From the NCBI GenBank assembly GCA_963840855.1, contig CAWJBB010000010.1, positions 1 to 64,000 of the forward strand: 64,000 nucleotides of DNA, read 5' to 3'. A model generated the notes under the pieces. That model was not told the origin of the DNA and did not search any database. It saw only the letters and a list, made by a program, of their open reading frames with translations. Every line of letters starts with the position of its first letter. Position 1 is the stretch's first letter. This DNA comes from an uncultured delta proteobacterium. GTDB taxonomy: Bacteria > Desulfobacterota > Binatia > UBA9968. The position numbers and the translations under genes were made by a program. This document shows positions 30,185-41,980 of the stretch, one piece after another.

Positions 30185-31213
30185 TCAGCCGCGCAAGCCG
30201 ACGGTAACGGTGAACTGCATCCTTAGCGGTTCATTGGCGAGTTCTTTTAGGCTATCCGGTATCGGTGGAAACGGTGAAGCTTTTTTCATTGCTTCGACGG
30301 CGCCGGTGTTTAAGCGCGAGTCAGTTGAGTCAAGCACCTCCGCTTTCACCAGTCTACCGCTCCGATCCAGAGTAAAGACCACGGCGACTCTTTGCACCCC
30401 CGCGACACCGTCGGGAAACTTCCAGACCGATTCGACGCGTTTCTTGAGCTGATTGAGATAATTATTAAAGTCGGTCGCCGGTATGCCTTTCAGTCCAGCG
30501 ACGCTCCCACCGCCGGATCCCGTGCCGGTTCCACCACCGGCCAACCCAGTGCCGCTCCTGCTTCCGCCCGGTACGCCGTATGGTCCAAGGCCGGTTCCAG
30601 TTCCTTTCAATGCGCCGGGAATCTGAGCGCCTTCATTGAGCGCCTTGATCCCGGGACCTTCCACACCTCCTTTGATCGCCGCCTGGCTGCTTTGGTTCAT
30701 GGCGGTGTCGGTAGCGGCACTGCCGGGAAGAGTTGTCGGTGCTGCTTTGGTCGGCAGCCGCACTAATGAATCCGGGGCCGTTTCGTTAGCATTGACGTAT
30801 TCGCTGCGCGGGTTTGCAGCCAAGACTTTCGGGCCGGGCAGCGGGATGGGCTTGGGGGCCGCCGGAGGGGATTCCACGCTTGGACTTGGCACAGCCGATT
30901 CAATTGAGCCGGTATCGAGTTTGCCCATACTCGGCGCGGGCGGAATTGGCGTGCCTAATTTGGGAAGCTCACGCGGCCCTCCGGGCCCTCTGGCAGCCCC
31001 GATGCTCCGACTGACCGAGCCGCTTTCTCTAAAATCAGTGAGTTGAACGGTTATCGGCGCGTCCTTCTCGGGATTGGCTAGATTCAGGCTAACCGCGCGC
31101 AGGACGAAAACCATAAATAATGCGTGCAGGATAACCGAAGGGAACAGGAACGGGCTGAGAAAAACAGAAAAAATATTGCCGTCTTCCCAGTCTGTCGTTA
31201 TGGGATAACGCAT
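30185..31213 (-). CDS. TonB/TolA-family energy transducer
   Basis: TM anchor with SxxxH (SVILH), Pro/Gly-rich linker, TonB C-terminal domain (AMKKASPFPPIP). Confidence 0.8.
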   Translation of the reverse strand: MRYPITTDWEDGNIFSVFLSPFLFPSVILHALFMVFVLRAVSLNLANPEKDAPITVQLTDFRESGSVSRSIGAARGPGGPRELPKLGTPIPPAPSMGKLDTGSIESAVPSPSVESPPAAPKPIPLPGPKVLAANPRSEYVNANETAPDSLVRLPTKAAPTTLPGSAATDTAMNQSSQAAIKGGVEGPGIKALNEGAQIPGALKGTGTGLGPYGVPGGSRSGTGLAGGGTGTGSGGGSVAGLKGIPATDFNNYLNQLKKRVESVWKFPDGVAGVQRVAVVFTLDRSGRLVKAEVLDSTDSRLNTGAVEAMKKASPFPPIPDSLKELANEPLRMQFTVTVGLRG

Positions 31214-31552
31214 TTCAGTTTCCAGGATGGGAAATCTGGCGGATATCACCGCCAGGGCGCGGCAAATCTTCCTGTGTTGAAAAAACCTCGAGACCCAGGG
31301 CGTTGAGGTCGCGGCGTACCAACCGGCCGTGGTCGTAATGGGACCACAAGTCCGGCAAACCGTCACCGTTGAGATCCCGTTCTTCTTTGAGAATGATTTC
31401 ACCTTCTTTTGTGGTGTCGTAGGCGATCCAAAAATCAGCTCTGCCGCTGCCCCGGATTCTCCAAACTTTCTTACTGTGCCGCCTTCATTGGCCCGGATTC
31501 TACTTTATTTCACCACCTGAAACCAACCCCCTGGGGGACGATTCCTTTTTCT

Positions 31553-32740
31553 TTAGCGACGCCCCGCGGAGGACCCCGCGGGGGCTCCCATACTGCGCAA
31601 CTCCTCCGCAACCGCTGCGAAGGGCGCTGAGTGGGCAGGGGGTTCTGCGTCCGCAATCGCCTCTTGGCCAATGAGTTCGTCGCCTTTATAAAGATAGCGC
31701 GCGCTGATTTTACCAATGATCTTTTGGTCCTCTAGCTGCTCAACCCGCTCGCCATTTTGAAATCTGACCCACACGTCCACCTTGCGGTCGCCGTTGGTGT
31801 CGGCTTCCTGCCGGACCACAGCGCCTTTTTCGTAGAAAATTCTCAGATCGAAAAAACCATCGGCGTCGGTGTCTCGCTCTTCGCGGGCCAGGTCACTGCC
31901 CTGAAAATAGTAGACGGTATCCCACTGGCCGGTTGCATTAGTGTCTCTCAAGCGTTTGCTGACACGACCCTGCGAGAAAGTCTCGATGATATCCATGCGA
32001 CCGCGTCCGGCGCTGTCTTCCTCACGCCGGATCACTTCCTCGCCGTTAAAATAGACGATTCTGCTGACTTTGCCGTCACCGCGGAGATCTTCCGCTTGAT
32101 TGACCAACCGGCCATCCTGGTAGTATCCCCAGAGATTTATTTTGCCGGTAAATTGGCGATCGAGCTCTTTTCGTACCAACTGGCCGTTGTCGAAATAGGA
32201 AAAACTGTCGGCTCTGCCGTCGCCATTGGTGTCTTCCTCGACGCGGTCGATCTTGCCGTTCTTAAAATGAGTCACGCGGTTATATCTACCGCTGGAATCG
32301 GTGTCCTCTTCGGCGCGAAGGGGCTGGCCTTTCTGATAGTGCACCCAGATTACCGGTTTGCCTGATCCCTTGGTGTCTTCTCCCTTGCGCTCGATTTCGC
32401 CGCCGGAGTTGAAATAAATCCAGGTATCGACCCGGCCGTCGTTTTTGCTTGCGGCCTCCTGCCGCCGTGGCTTGCCCGCCTCATAGTAAAGAAATACATC
32501 CGGCTTGCCGTCGAAGTTAACGTCCTGCTCCGCGCGCTCGACTTGTCCCTGCGAATCGTAATAAGTCCAGCGGTCCATTCTGCCGTCGCCGTTGGTGTCT
32601 CTCTCTTGGCGCACGACCTTGCCCTGCTCGTCGTAGTAAAAACTCACCACCGGCTGCTGGGCCTTGGCCGGATAAGGGCGCGATACAAACGGCGCGGTTG
32701 CCATTAGCAGAATGACAATTTTACATGTATAAAAAGACAT
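31553..32740 (-). CDS. Secreted tandem-repeat protein (about 22-23 aa repeats with DxNGDGxxD)
   Basis: Many repeats such as ERDTNGDGRMDRWTYY and EEDTNGDGRADSFSYF. Further repeats (ERDLNGDGLPDLWSHY) lie at about 31215-31480 in a frame with no clear start. Confidence 0.75.
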   Translation of the reverse strand: MSFYTCKIVILLMATAPFVSRPYPAKAQQPVVSFYYDEQGKVVRQERDTNGDGRMDRWTYYDSQGQVERAEQDVNFDGKPDVFLYYEAGKPRRQEAASKNDGRVDTWIYFNSGGEIERKGEDTKGSGKPVIWVHYQKGQPLRAEEDTDSSGRYNRVTHFKNGKIDRVEEDTNGDGRADSFSYFDNGQLVRKELDRQFTGKINLWGYYQDGRLVNQAEDLRGDGKVSRIVYFNGEEVIRREEDSAGRGRMDIIETFSQGRVSKRLRDTNATGQWDTVYYFQGSDLAREERDTDADGFFDLRIFYEKGAVVRQEADTNGDRKVDVWVRFQNGERVEQLEDQKIIGKISARYLYKGDELIGQEAIADAEPPAHSAPFAAVAEELRSMGAPAGSSAGRR

Positions 32741-33013
32741 CGTGAGCTTGCTAACGGATCGCTGAAAATCGCTGTGTGCGGCCTGCTTGTGAATCTATGA
32801 CGGGTTGATATCAAGTGCAAAGCCCCAAGCCCGAGTCCCAGTGCCGCAGCCAGGTATTTGCCATTTAACCTCCACGCGGAAATGCTTTGGGTGTAGTTCC
32901 CATTCGTGAAAGGTCCAGGGGGATGCCTTGTGACCAAACGGGGCGAGTTTCTTAGAAACCAGCTTCCGTCAGGATCAAAATTGCATCCGCCCGTAATTTG
33001 AACGCAAAATACC

Positions 33014-34761
33014 ATGGGTGAAACAAAGAACGGCTCGGGATTCATCGGCCAAGCAGCCAAGGGTGGTGTCGGCGAATCTGGCTGGGCCACGTTCCTTGGA
33101 GTGGTTTGTCTAGTGATCCTTTTCGCCAATTTGGGAGGCGCGGCGTTTTTCGAACCGGATGAAGGCCGCAACGCGGAAAAGGCCAGGGAAATTCTGTTAC
33201 TCAACGATTGGGTCACGCCGCATGAAAATTTTTTGCCGACCCTCGACAAGCCCATCGCGTTCTACTGGCCGGTGGCTCTTTCTTTCAAGCTGTTCGGATT
33301 TTCCGAATGGGCGGCGCGCCTGCCATCAGCGTTGGCGGCGTTGGGTTGCCTACTGCTGGTTTACCAATTTGCCCGCCGTCACTGGGGAGCGCGGACAGCC
33401 CTGTGGAGCTGCTTGGTTTTGGCCACTAGCGTTGAATTCTTTTTCTTCGCGCGCCTCGTCAACTTAGACATGAGCTTGACGTTCTTTATAACGATGGCAT
33501 TGTTTTCGTTTTACTCGGCGGTGCGCGCGGAGGAGGCTGCGGTCGCGGTTTTTTCATAGCGTCGCCATGTACGCGGCGCTGGGCGCTGGTACGCTGATCA
33601 AAGGCGCCGTCGCCGTTGCAGTTCCCGGCATGGTGATTTTCTTTTATCTGCTGGTGACGCGCCAGTGGTCTCTCTTACCGCGCCTGGGACTCGCCCGCGG
33701 CGCCCTCATCTATTGCGCTATCGTAATACCAACCGTATCTATGGATGGAAGCAAGAAATCCGGGTTATCTGCGCTACTTCCTCTGGGAGGAGCATTTCGT
33801 TCGATACGTGACGCCGGAGTTCGATCGCAGCCAGGGCTGGTATTATTTTATTCTAGTCTTGGCCGCAGGGTTCTTCCCCTGGAGCGCACTATTACCATTG
33901 GCCGCCAGAGACATGTGGCGGAAAAAATTCGCGGACTCGAACCGGTTCCTGGCCATCTGGTCGCTGCTACCATTGATTTTCTTTTCCTTCTCCAAATCGC
34001 AAATGCCCCAATATATCCTGCCAATCTTTCCTGCCCTGGCGCTCGGCATTGGTCGATTCTTGGCAGAAAAAGTTTCCGGCGCCGGTGCCAGGCGCTGGAG
34101 TCTTGTTTCAGCGCCCTGGGTGATTGTCATCGCCGTTATGAGCTACCTGCTTGTGGGAGCGGCTTGGCCGAATCTGTTGGCGCGGCAGGCTCGAACGGCC
34201 GTGGCGCTAAATACCTCGTCGATCGCTGTATCTGGAGTCCTATTCCTGGTGATTCTTGGCGTTTTTTTCAGTGGCTACCGCAGAAATTGGTGGCGAGGTT
34301 GGGACGCAGTGTATATCTCGACAGCCACGGGAATGGCATTATTCTTCATCGTATTAGGGCAGTTAATGGCGTCAGCATCGATTGCCCGCAGTTCCAGATC
34401 TCTGGCGCAGGTCTCAGCTCCCTTCATCGCTTCTGGAGACCGCGTGGCATTTTACGATACCTATCTCCCCGGTATCGCCTTTTACCTTGCCGGCGATAAA
34501 CCCCTGTGGCTCGCGCAGTCTGAAGAGAAGGATAGAATTATGGGCAGCAATTATTTGGCGGCGCGCCGTCCGCCCGCGGCAGACGGACATGGCCAAGTGG
34601 TGTATTCATTCAGCGAGTTTGCCCAACAGTGGGACCGGCAGGATCTCGTATTGCGGGTTTTTGTCAAGGAAAAAAACTTGCAGCGATTGAGCCTCGATGT
34701 CGGTGCCACGCCGCGGATACTGACGAAGTATGGCGAGTACCTTTTAGTCACGAACCGCTGA
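33014..34761 (+). CDS. ArnT/PMT-like (GT-C) membrane glycosyltransferase, split by two frameshifts
   Basis: DEGRNAE, DKP, EWAARLPSAL, LIKG, YILP motifs across three successive ORFs. Confidence 0.85.
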
Positions 34762-34804
34762 GCAATCCGCGCCTTTTTGAGAGATCCAATGCCGGTTAGC
34801 ATGT

Positions 34805-35533
34805 CTAGGTTCCATGCCGGTGTTTGATCCAGTCGTAAATCTGACCGCGGTAAAGATAGGCCAGGAGCAGGGTGGCCGCCGCGACGACGGCGAAAATCGC
34901 GGCAGCGAGATATTGTTGATTACGAATGCTCGCGCCCTGGATCGTCAACAGATAGGTGCCGGGAACCCGTCCAATGATCGACACGATCAAAAAGGTTCTG
35001 AGTCTCATACGGCTGAGCCCGAGCAGGTAGCACAAATAATCCTTGGGAAATCCGGGAAACAAAAAGAGCAGAAAACAAATCGCGGCGCCGGCATTGGTCG
35101 TCAAAAAGTCGAACTTGTGGAGCACGTCCGCGCGCACGAATCTCTCGACAAAGGGCCGCCCCAGGACACTTGCGAGCTCGAAGGCTACCCAGGAGCCCAG
35201 GGTCAACCCAAGGGTAGACAAGAGAAATCCGATCTTTTCGCCGTAAACATAGCCGCCGACGACGCCGGTCAGTTCCCCCGGAAATGGCGCGGCGATCACT
35301 TGTAAAGCCTGAAAGAGGACGAAAACGGCGGGCGAATAGGGCCCGAGGGCTTCAAGAAATCGGCTCAGCTTGTCGCTACTGGAATAAATCCCCTCGAAAT
35401 CATCCCACTCTTCACCAGCAGGCGCGAAAGCGCTTAGAGGTTGAGGAATATAACGGCTGAAGGTAAAAAGCAGGGCCACGAGAACAAGGAAAATAATGCC
35501 CCTAATTGCGAGTTGGCGGCGCGGATTCGTCAC
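34805..35533 (-). CDS. TVP38/TMEM64 (DedA/VTT) membrane protein
   Basis: LQVIAAPFPGE, PGFPKDYLCYLLGLS, GRVPG. Confidence 0.88.
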   Translation of the reverse strand: MTNPRRQLAIRGIIFLVLVALLFTFSRYIPQPLSAFAPAGEEWDDFEGIYSSSDKLSRFLEALGPYSPAVFVLFQALQVIAAPFPGELTGVVGGYVYGEKIGFLLSTLGLTLGSWVAFELASVLGRPFVERFVRADVLHKFDFLTTNAGAAICFLLFLFPGFPKDYLCYLLGLSRMRLRTFLIVSIIGRVPGTYLLTIQGASIRNQQYLAAAIFAVVAAATLLLAYLYRGQIYDWIKHRHGT

Positions 35534-35619
35534 CGGGGTTTTATACCAGCATTAGAATTCAATGACGAGTGAGCGGGAGGAAAAACCTCAGGCGACAAAT
35601 CGGCGCGCCGCCCTTGTCA

Positions 35620-35667
35620 GTCTCGCGTCTTGAGTCTCAAGTTAACCCGAAACTCGAAACCTGAAAC
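35620..35667. repeat. Heptad-periodic intergenic repeat
   Basis: TCTCGCGTCTTGAGTCTCAAG..CCCGAAACTCGAAACCTGAAAC. Confidence 0.5.
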
Positions 35668-35763
35668 AGCGCAAGCGTCCATGAGGCTTTTTCAACAGCC
35701 TACTTCCGCGGCAATGACGGACCCGGACTCCCAACTTTGTAAACGGACTTTAATTCCAGGACA

Positions 35764-38464
35764 CTATTGCTTAGTTTGCATCTGGCGCAAAAGAGCTTCG
35801 ACTCTTTTTAGTTCCTCGCCATATCCCGCCCAGTTGCCTTGGCGCAGAAATTCCTGGGCGCGTTGGAAGTGGTCGAGCGCTTGCCGCGCCGGATCAATTT
35901 GATCCTTTGCCACCTCTAGCGACGGCACAGCGGACGGCGTTGGCACGCCCACGGGTTTTCCGCCGAATATTTTCTGCAAGGATTGCTCCAGAGTCTCTTC
36001 CATCGCAATCTGATTACCGAAGGCGACGATGACTCTCTTTAACTCAGGCAACCCGCCCTGCTCGGCGACCAGATAAAGGGGCTGAACGTAGAGCAGCGAT
36101 TTGTCGATGGGGATGGCGAGTAAACTTCCGCGCAGCACCTGGGAACCGCGCTGGTTCCAAAGGCTCAGCTGTTGTGAAATGACCGTGTCCTGGTCGATTC
36201 TCGCGTCGATCTGCTTGGGACCATAAACCAGTTTTGCCTTCGGAAAATCGAGCGCAACCAGCTTGCCATAGTGGGGCGGATCGCTGCGTGCTGCCAGCCA
36301 TGCCCGCATGTTGTCTCTTTTATTTGGCGTAAAGGGCAATAACAGAACGAATTCCTCTTTTGCTTCAGCTTCACCGGGCAGGCGCATGATCGTGTAATAC
36401 GGTTCCATCTCCCGTTCCGCCTTGCCCACCGACTGTCGCGGAATACTGAGCAGGTCCTCTTTATTGTAGAAAACTTGCGGGTCTTGCATGTGGTAGGTCG
36501 CGTACATTTGCGCTTGAATGGCGAAAAAGTCCTGGGGGTAGCGGATATGGGCATGGAGATCTTCTGGCATTTGTTCCAGTGGTTTGAACAGGCCGGGGAA
36601 AATATTTCCGTAGGCAGCGACCAGAGGGTCTTTCGGATCGGCGAGGTAGAAATCCACCGTGCCGTTAAATGCGTCGACGACGGCTTTGACCGAGTTGCGG
36701 ATATAATTCAACTGCCGCTGCCGCAGGGGTTCTGAGTAGGGGTATCGGTCTGAGGTCGTGTAGCCGTCGATGATCCAAAACAAGCGCCCGCCTTGGGCAA
36801 CGACCACGTAGGCATCTCGATCGAAGGTAACAAATGGCGCGATCTTCTTGACCCGCTCATGGATCTGCTTGTGAAAAAGGATGCGGCTCTCGGGCTTTAG
36901 GTCCTGCGATAGAAGCATTCTCAGCGTTGTGTGGTGCGCCGAGAAAACCAGCTTGCGCCACAATGAACCGATGTTAACTCCGCCTCGGCCTTCGTAGGTT
37001 GTATAAATATTCTGGTCTCCGGCTGGATAATCCAGCTCCTGCGCGCCGGTTTTGACGAGTACATACGGGTTGGCCAGTTCGCCGTAGTAGATTTCGGGGC
37101 GGGTAACTTTGAGAGACGTTGTCGAGACCGGCGGGATGTCTTTGATAAAGAACTCCGGCTGGCCGCTGGAAGTCACCTGATTGACCGGGCCAAAAACGAC
37201 ACCGTAGCCATGGGTGAAGGTCAGATGTTCATTGATCCAATTGCGGCTCTGAAGATGCTGATGCGAAAGCTCGCGCGCGGAAAGCATCACCTGCCGGTAG
37301 TTGCCGTCGATGACGTAGCGGTCGTTGTCGACATCGACAAATTTATAATAAGTGCGGATTTCCTGGATCTGACCGTAGCTGGCGAGCAACGGCCGGTGAT
37401 CCCATAGCCGGATGTTCTTGATGGTGGCGTCGTTCCGTTTTATATCCGCGGCCGTGAGTTGTTCTTCGGCTGGAAATTCCTGACTGGCGATCTTGTCGAG
37501 CCCGTAGGCGAGCCGGGTAAATTTGATAGTGCGCTCGATGAACTGCCGTTCAGCCTCTACTTCATTCGGTATGACGCGAAAACGCTGCAAGATGTATGGA
37601 TAAAGCTGCACACCGATGACATGCGCGACCAATAAAACTGCGACGCCGGCGATGAGAAAACCCCATCCCGGGCGGGACATTTGGAGGACACAGATAATCG
37701 CCGCCGCCAATGACAAAAAACAGAGGATCCGCAAAGCCGGCAAGAGAGCGTAAACATCCGAATAACTCGCGCCGAACGCGGCGCCACGGGAAGAGTAAAC
37801 TACCTCGAAGGCGTCCAGATAGTACCCGGCGGCTTTCACGGCTAGAAACAACGCCGCGAGGGCCAGCATGTGCTTGCGTGCCCGCTCGGAGAATATAAGG
37901 CCTCGAGGTCCGTAGAGAATTCCGCGATAAAGCAGATAAGCGGCGGCACTGGCGATTGCCGCGAAAGTTACCACGAACGTGAGCCAGTTATAGATTTTCG
38001 ATAACATCGGCAAGCGAAAAACGAAAAAGCCGATGTCTAAATCGAAAAGCGGATCATTCAGGGAAAAAGGCGCGGGATTCAAAAAAAGCGGCAACAGTTC
38101 CCAGTTTGACGCCGCCTGAGGCGCGGCCATCAGTCCGATGAACAATGCCGCCGGCAGTAGCAGCCGGCGGAGCAGAGGATCAATAAGCTCCGTTGGCGGA
38201 AGTTCGATGACGTTTTCGGCCTCGGATACACGGACACCGTGCGGCATGACAGCGGCGAATCTTGACGTTTAGATAGAGGAATGCGGCGACAAAAAGACCG
38301 GCCACAAGGCCCAACATGAACTTGTAAGTCAGGCTCGTTGTGAAGACCTGGGTGTAGCCGACTTCGGTAAACCACAGCCAGTCGACGTACAGGCCGATCG
38401 CTTGCCGAAAGAACAGGAGCAAAACGAAGACGATGAAAACTATGATCCCAGCAAATCCGCGCAT
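35764..38464 (-). CDS. UPF0182 family membrane protein (frameshift near 38250)
   Basis: DWLWF, DPLFDLDIGFF, NIRLWD, HLTFTHGYG, YIRNSVK, LLYVQPLY. Confidence 0.9.
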
Positions 38465-38556
38465 GGTTTCCGCCTTTGGGGTGGCGCTCGGCTTGGACAG
38501 ACCTTATAGAAAGAGAAATTTTAATGCAATTGATGGAACCGGTGATTACTGGGAAT

Positions 38557-38599
38557 AAAAAAAGGTGGCGCCGGGAAATACCCGTACGCCACCTTTTTT
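38557..38599 (-). terminator. Intrinsic terminator (bidirectional form)
   Basis: AAAAAAAGGTGGCG...CGCCACCTTTTTT just downstream of the ABC permease. Confidence 0.8.
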
Positions 38600-38631
38600 G
38601 CAAACAAGGTGTTGACTAACAACCCAAGATA

Positions 38632-39474
38632 TCAATCGTGACCGACCTTCGGGCGCCATTTGTCGAAGCGGCGCTCGAAGCGGTCGATGACATCGGTCAG
38701 CGCCATTCCGCTGATGGCGAAAATTGCGACACCGACGAAGACTTTATCGGTCTGGAACGTGGCTCCCGCTACCGTGATCATGAAGCCGATACCCGCGGTG
38801 GCGGCATAGAGCTCGCCGACCATGACGCCGATGAGCGCGCGACCGACGGCGAGTCTAAGGCCCGTCAGAATGAAGGGAACCGTGGAGGGCAGCACGACGG
38901 ACTTGAAAATCTGCCATTCCGAAGCGCCGAAGCTTCGCGCCGCGGTGAGCAGGTTCGCCGGCGTAGTTTTGACGCCGTCCCGGGTGTTGATCAGGAGTGG
39001 AAAAACCGCGCCCAAAAAAATGATCCCGACCTTGGAAAGGATGCCGATACCCAGCCAAATGATGACGAGAGGCAAGAGGGCGACGCGTGGCGTGGCGTTC
39101 ATCGCGTTGACGAACGGGTCGCAGATGTAAGCAAACCTCTTATACCAGCCGATCGCAATGCCGAATGGGATGGCAAAAATGATGGAAAGAAAATAGCCCC
39201 AGAAGAACTCTATCCCGCTAATATATAGGTCGTTATAGATTTCGCCGGAAGCAAATAGCTGCCACGCCGCCTTCCCGACCATGGACGGCGCGCTCATGAA
39301 CATCGGGTTAATGAGGCCGGCCCAGTTGCCGACGGTCTCCCACGTCAGCATAAAGAGAACGACCGCCGTGCTACCCAGAATTAATTTCTCGTTGTTGAGA
39401 TAAAATTTATACGCAGCGGATGCTTCGGCGATGCGTACATCCAAAAGTTGCTCTTCTGCAGCTTGATCGGCCAT
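38632..39474 (-). CDS. ABC transporter permease (SsuC/TauC/NitT type)
   Basis: EAA-loop variant TAARSFGAS, LPSTVPFILTGLR, GIG. Confidence 0.9.
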   Translation of the reverse strand: MADQAAEEQLLDVRIAEASAAYKFYLNNEKLILGSTAVVLFMLTWETVGNWAGLINPMFMSAPSMVGKAAWQLFASGEIYNDLYISGIEFFWGYFLSIIFAIPFGIAIGWYKRFAYICDPFVNAMNATPRVALLPLVIIWLGIGILSKVGIIFLGAVFPLLINTRDGVKTTPANLLTAARSFGASEWQIFKSVVLPSTVPFILTGLRLAVGRALIGVMVGELYAATAGIGFMITVAGATFQTDKVFVGVAIFAISGMALTDVIDRFERRFDKWRPKVGHD

Positions 39475-39705
39475 ATACTTTCCCTCCGGTTTGTTTTGTT
39501 TAGTACCCTTCCAGCTACTCTCTCAACGTGCGAACCTGTAGCAAAAGGCCGAATACTTGTCAACAGTGATTTTAAGGCCATGTTATTGCCGCCAGATCGG
39601 CGCCAACCATCCATGTGTCAGCCTAGCGAAACCGGCTTAACTTGACAATCGTTAAGGTATTAAATAATTTATCTTCAACTAATCCTTCGATCGTCAGGAG
39701 AGACC

Positions 39706-41187
39706 ATGAAACTCCTCTTTATCACGCCACCCATGGGCAATTGGGCGCCTTGGGGCGACCGGCATTTCGCCGTCAATTCACTATATTCTCAGCTCGCTGC
39801 GTTCGTTCGGGAGAAGCAAGCGGCGGATGTGGAAGTGTTGGACTGCCGGGCACTGGGCCTGGACGACGAGCAGATGCTCGACGAGGTTCGCCGTAGGCGT
39901 CCCGACGCGGTTTACTTTGGCGCGATAATTGCCGCGGCGGGCGGCGCCGCGACGTTGAACCGTTTTCACGCGGCGATGCAGAAGATCAAAGATATCGCCC
40001 CGAAAACGGTGACGATCGGCGGCGGCTTGATGTACACCGCCGTGCCGCAGAAAATCATGACCGACAATCCGCAACTCGATTACGCCATCGTCGGCGTGTT
40101 CGGTGACAACGAGTACCCGTTGTGCGAGCTGCTGGAAGAGCTTAAGAAACCGGCGCCGAAGTTTGCCGAGGTCAGGGGGCTTACCTGGAGGAAGGGTGGC
40201 GAGATCGTGCTCAACGCGCAGTGCTCAATGATCCAAAATCTAGACGAGCTTCCCATGCCTGCCTACGATCTCTTTCCGATGGACAAATATTACGGCTATT
40301 CGGTCATTCCGAACTACAATGAAGCCGTAACCTCACGGGGCTGCGAAGGCGCCTGTCATTTCTGCTACGAATGGTGGCTGGTGGATCCGCGTAGCCCACG
40401 GGACTTCACCTCGCACCGGACCCGCGGCGGTAAAGCCGTAGCTGATGAAATGGAGCTGCTGAACAAGAAATACGGCGTTAAAGTGCTCACCTTCATGGAC
40501 GACGACTTCAGTTCTGACCGCCAGAAGATGATCGATCTGGTGCAGGCGCTGGAGGAAAAGAAGCTCGACATGAGCTGGTTCTGCCTGAGCCGGGCGCAGA
40601 ATCTCATCCGCGACGCCGACCTCGTGCCGCGTCTGCGCAAAGTCGGAATGTACCAGGTGCTGATCGGCATCGACGGCGGCACCGACGAAGAGATTGCCGA
40701 GGCGCGCAAGGGACCAATGAAAGTCGGCGTCAAAGAATTGAAGGAACTAGTCCAGTTCTTGCGCAAGAATGATATTTCGACGATCTCGACCTATCTAAAC
40801 GGCTTTTGGGAAGATGACGAGGCGAAGATTCGCCAACGGGCAAAGGCCGTCGACGAGATCGATCCCGATATCGTCATGATCCAGGTGCTCAATCCAATCC
40901 CGGGCTCGCCGATTTACAAGACCGCCGTGAAAAACAACATCATCGAAGTCGATAACCTGAGTCTCTATGACCTTGAGCATTGCGTCATGCCGACAAAGCA
41001 TCTCACTCGGCAAAAGCTCGGCGAGCTTACGGGATGGGCTTTCCAGTCGTTTTACGGCAAGCCGGGCAGGATCGACAGGATTCTAAACGGCTACAGCTCG
41101 CCGTACGTAAAGATGAAATTTCTCTCTTTCAAAAACAACGCGGCGAAATACGAGAAGGGCGCGGCGGAAGATCAAGTCGCCATCTAA
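39706..41187 (+). CDS. Cobalamin-binding radical SAM enzyme
   Basis: N-terminal B12-binding domain, LDELPMPAYDL, TSRGCEGACHFC (CxxxCxxC), FMDDDF, PIPGS. Confidence 0.9.
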   Translation: MKLLFITPPMGNWAPWGDRHFAVNSLYSQLAAFVREKQAADVEVLDCRALGLDDEQMLDEVRRRRPDAVYFGAIIAAAGGAATLNRFHAAMQKIKDIAPKTVTIGGGLMYTAVPQKIMTDNPQLDYAIVGVFGDNEYPLCELLEELKKPAPKFAEVRGLTWRKGGEIVLNAQCSMIQNLDELPMPAYDLFPMDKYYGYSVIPNYNEAVTSRGCEGACHFCYEWWLVDPRSPRDFTSHRTRGGKAVADEMELLNKKYGVKVLTFMDDDFSSDRQKMIDLVQALEEKKLDMSWFCLSRAQNLIRDADLVPRLRKVGMYQVLIGIDGGTDEEIAEARKGPMKVGVKELKELVQFLRKNDISTISTYLNGFWEDDEAKIRQRAKAVDEIDPDIVMIQVLNPIPGSPIYKTAVKNNIIEVDNLSLYDLEHCVMPTKHLTRQKLGELTGWAFQSFYGKPGRIDRILNGYSSPYVKMKFLSFKNNAAKYEKGAAEDQVAI

Positions 41188-41203
41188 TATTTGATCTCGG
41201 TTC

Positions 41204-41974
41204 ATGACCGCGCCAAACAAAAAAACCCTGGAAGGTAAGGTTGCGCTCGTCACCGGCGCGAGCCGAGGCATCGGCGCGGCGGCGGCCAAACGGCTGGCGC
41301 AAGCCGGCGCCTCAGTGGTCGTCAATTATCATCAGAATAAGGAAGCCGCGCTGGGGGTTTTGCGAGAAATCGAAAGCGACGGCGGACGCGCCATGGTCGT
41401 GCAAGCGGATGTAAAGCGGAGCAACCAGGTTGAGGCGATGGCCGCCGCCGCGAAAGAAAAATTCTCCGCCATCGATATCCTTGTCAACAATGCCTATTTT
41501 CCATTCCAGGTCGGACCGCTGCACGAATTGCCTTGGGAGAAGCTCAACGAAGCGGTGGAGCACGAGCTTTCGGCGTTTCACTTCTGCGTGAAGGCCTGCC
41601 TGCCAGGCATGGTCGAAAAGAAGGCCGGCAAGATCATCGTCGTCAGTAGCCGGTTGGCGCAGCAGCCGCTGCCGAAGATGGGTGCTTACGCCGCGGCGAA
41701 ATCGGCCCTGGAATCCATGGCGAACACCATGGCCATCGAACTCGGACCCCTGGGGATCAATGTCAACGTCGTCACCCCTGCGTTTACTTTGACCGACGCG
41801 TCGATGATCATGCCCGAGGCATTCAGGGAACGGGTGCGCGAGACACGGCCGCTGAAAAAGCATCTCTACCCCGAGGATGTGGCGGGCGCCATCGCCTTCT
41901 TGGCCGGCGCCGAAGCCAGCATGCTCACCGGCAGCCATATTCTGATCACCGGCGGCAGCCATCTGCAGCTCTAA
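41204..41974 (+). CDS. SDR family oxidoreductase
   Basis: TGASRGIG, NNA, YAAAK. Confidence 0.92.
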   Translation: MTAPNKKTLEGKVALVTGASRGIGAAAAKRLAQAGASVVVNYHQNKEAALGVLREIESDGGRAMVVQADVKRSNQVEAMAAAAKEKFSAIDILVNNAYFPFQVGPLHELPWEKLNEAVEHELSAFHFCVKACLPGMVEKKAGKIIVVSSRLAQQPLPKMGAYAAAKSALESMANTMAIELGPLGINVNVVTPAFTLTDASMIMPEAFRERVRETRPLKKHLYPEDVAGAIAFLAGAEASMLTGSHILITGGSHLQL

Positions 41975-41980
41975 ATAATT

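Noticed and set aside
39475-39705. Cobalamin riboswitch upstream of the B12-radical SAM gene
   Set aside because: No B12-box or other conserved element seen.
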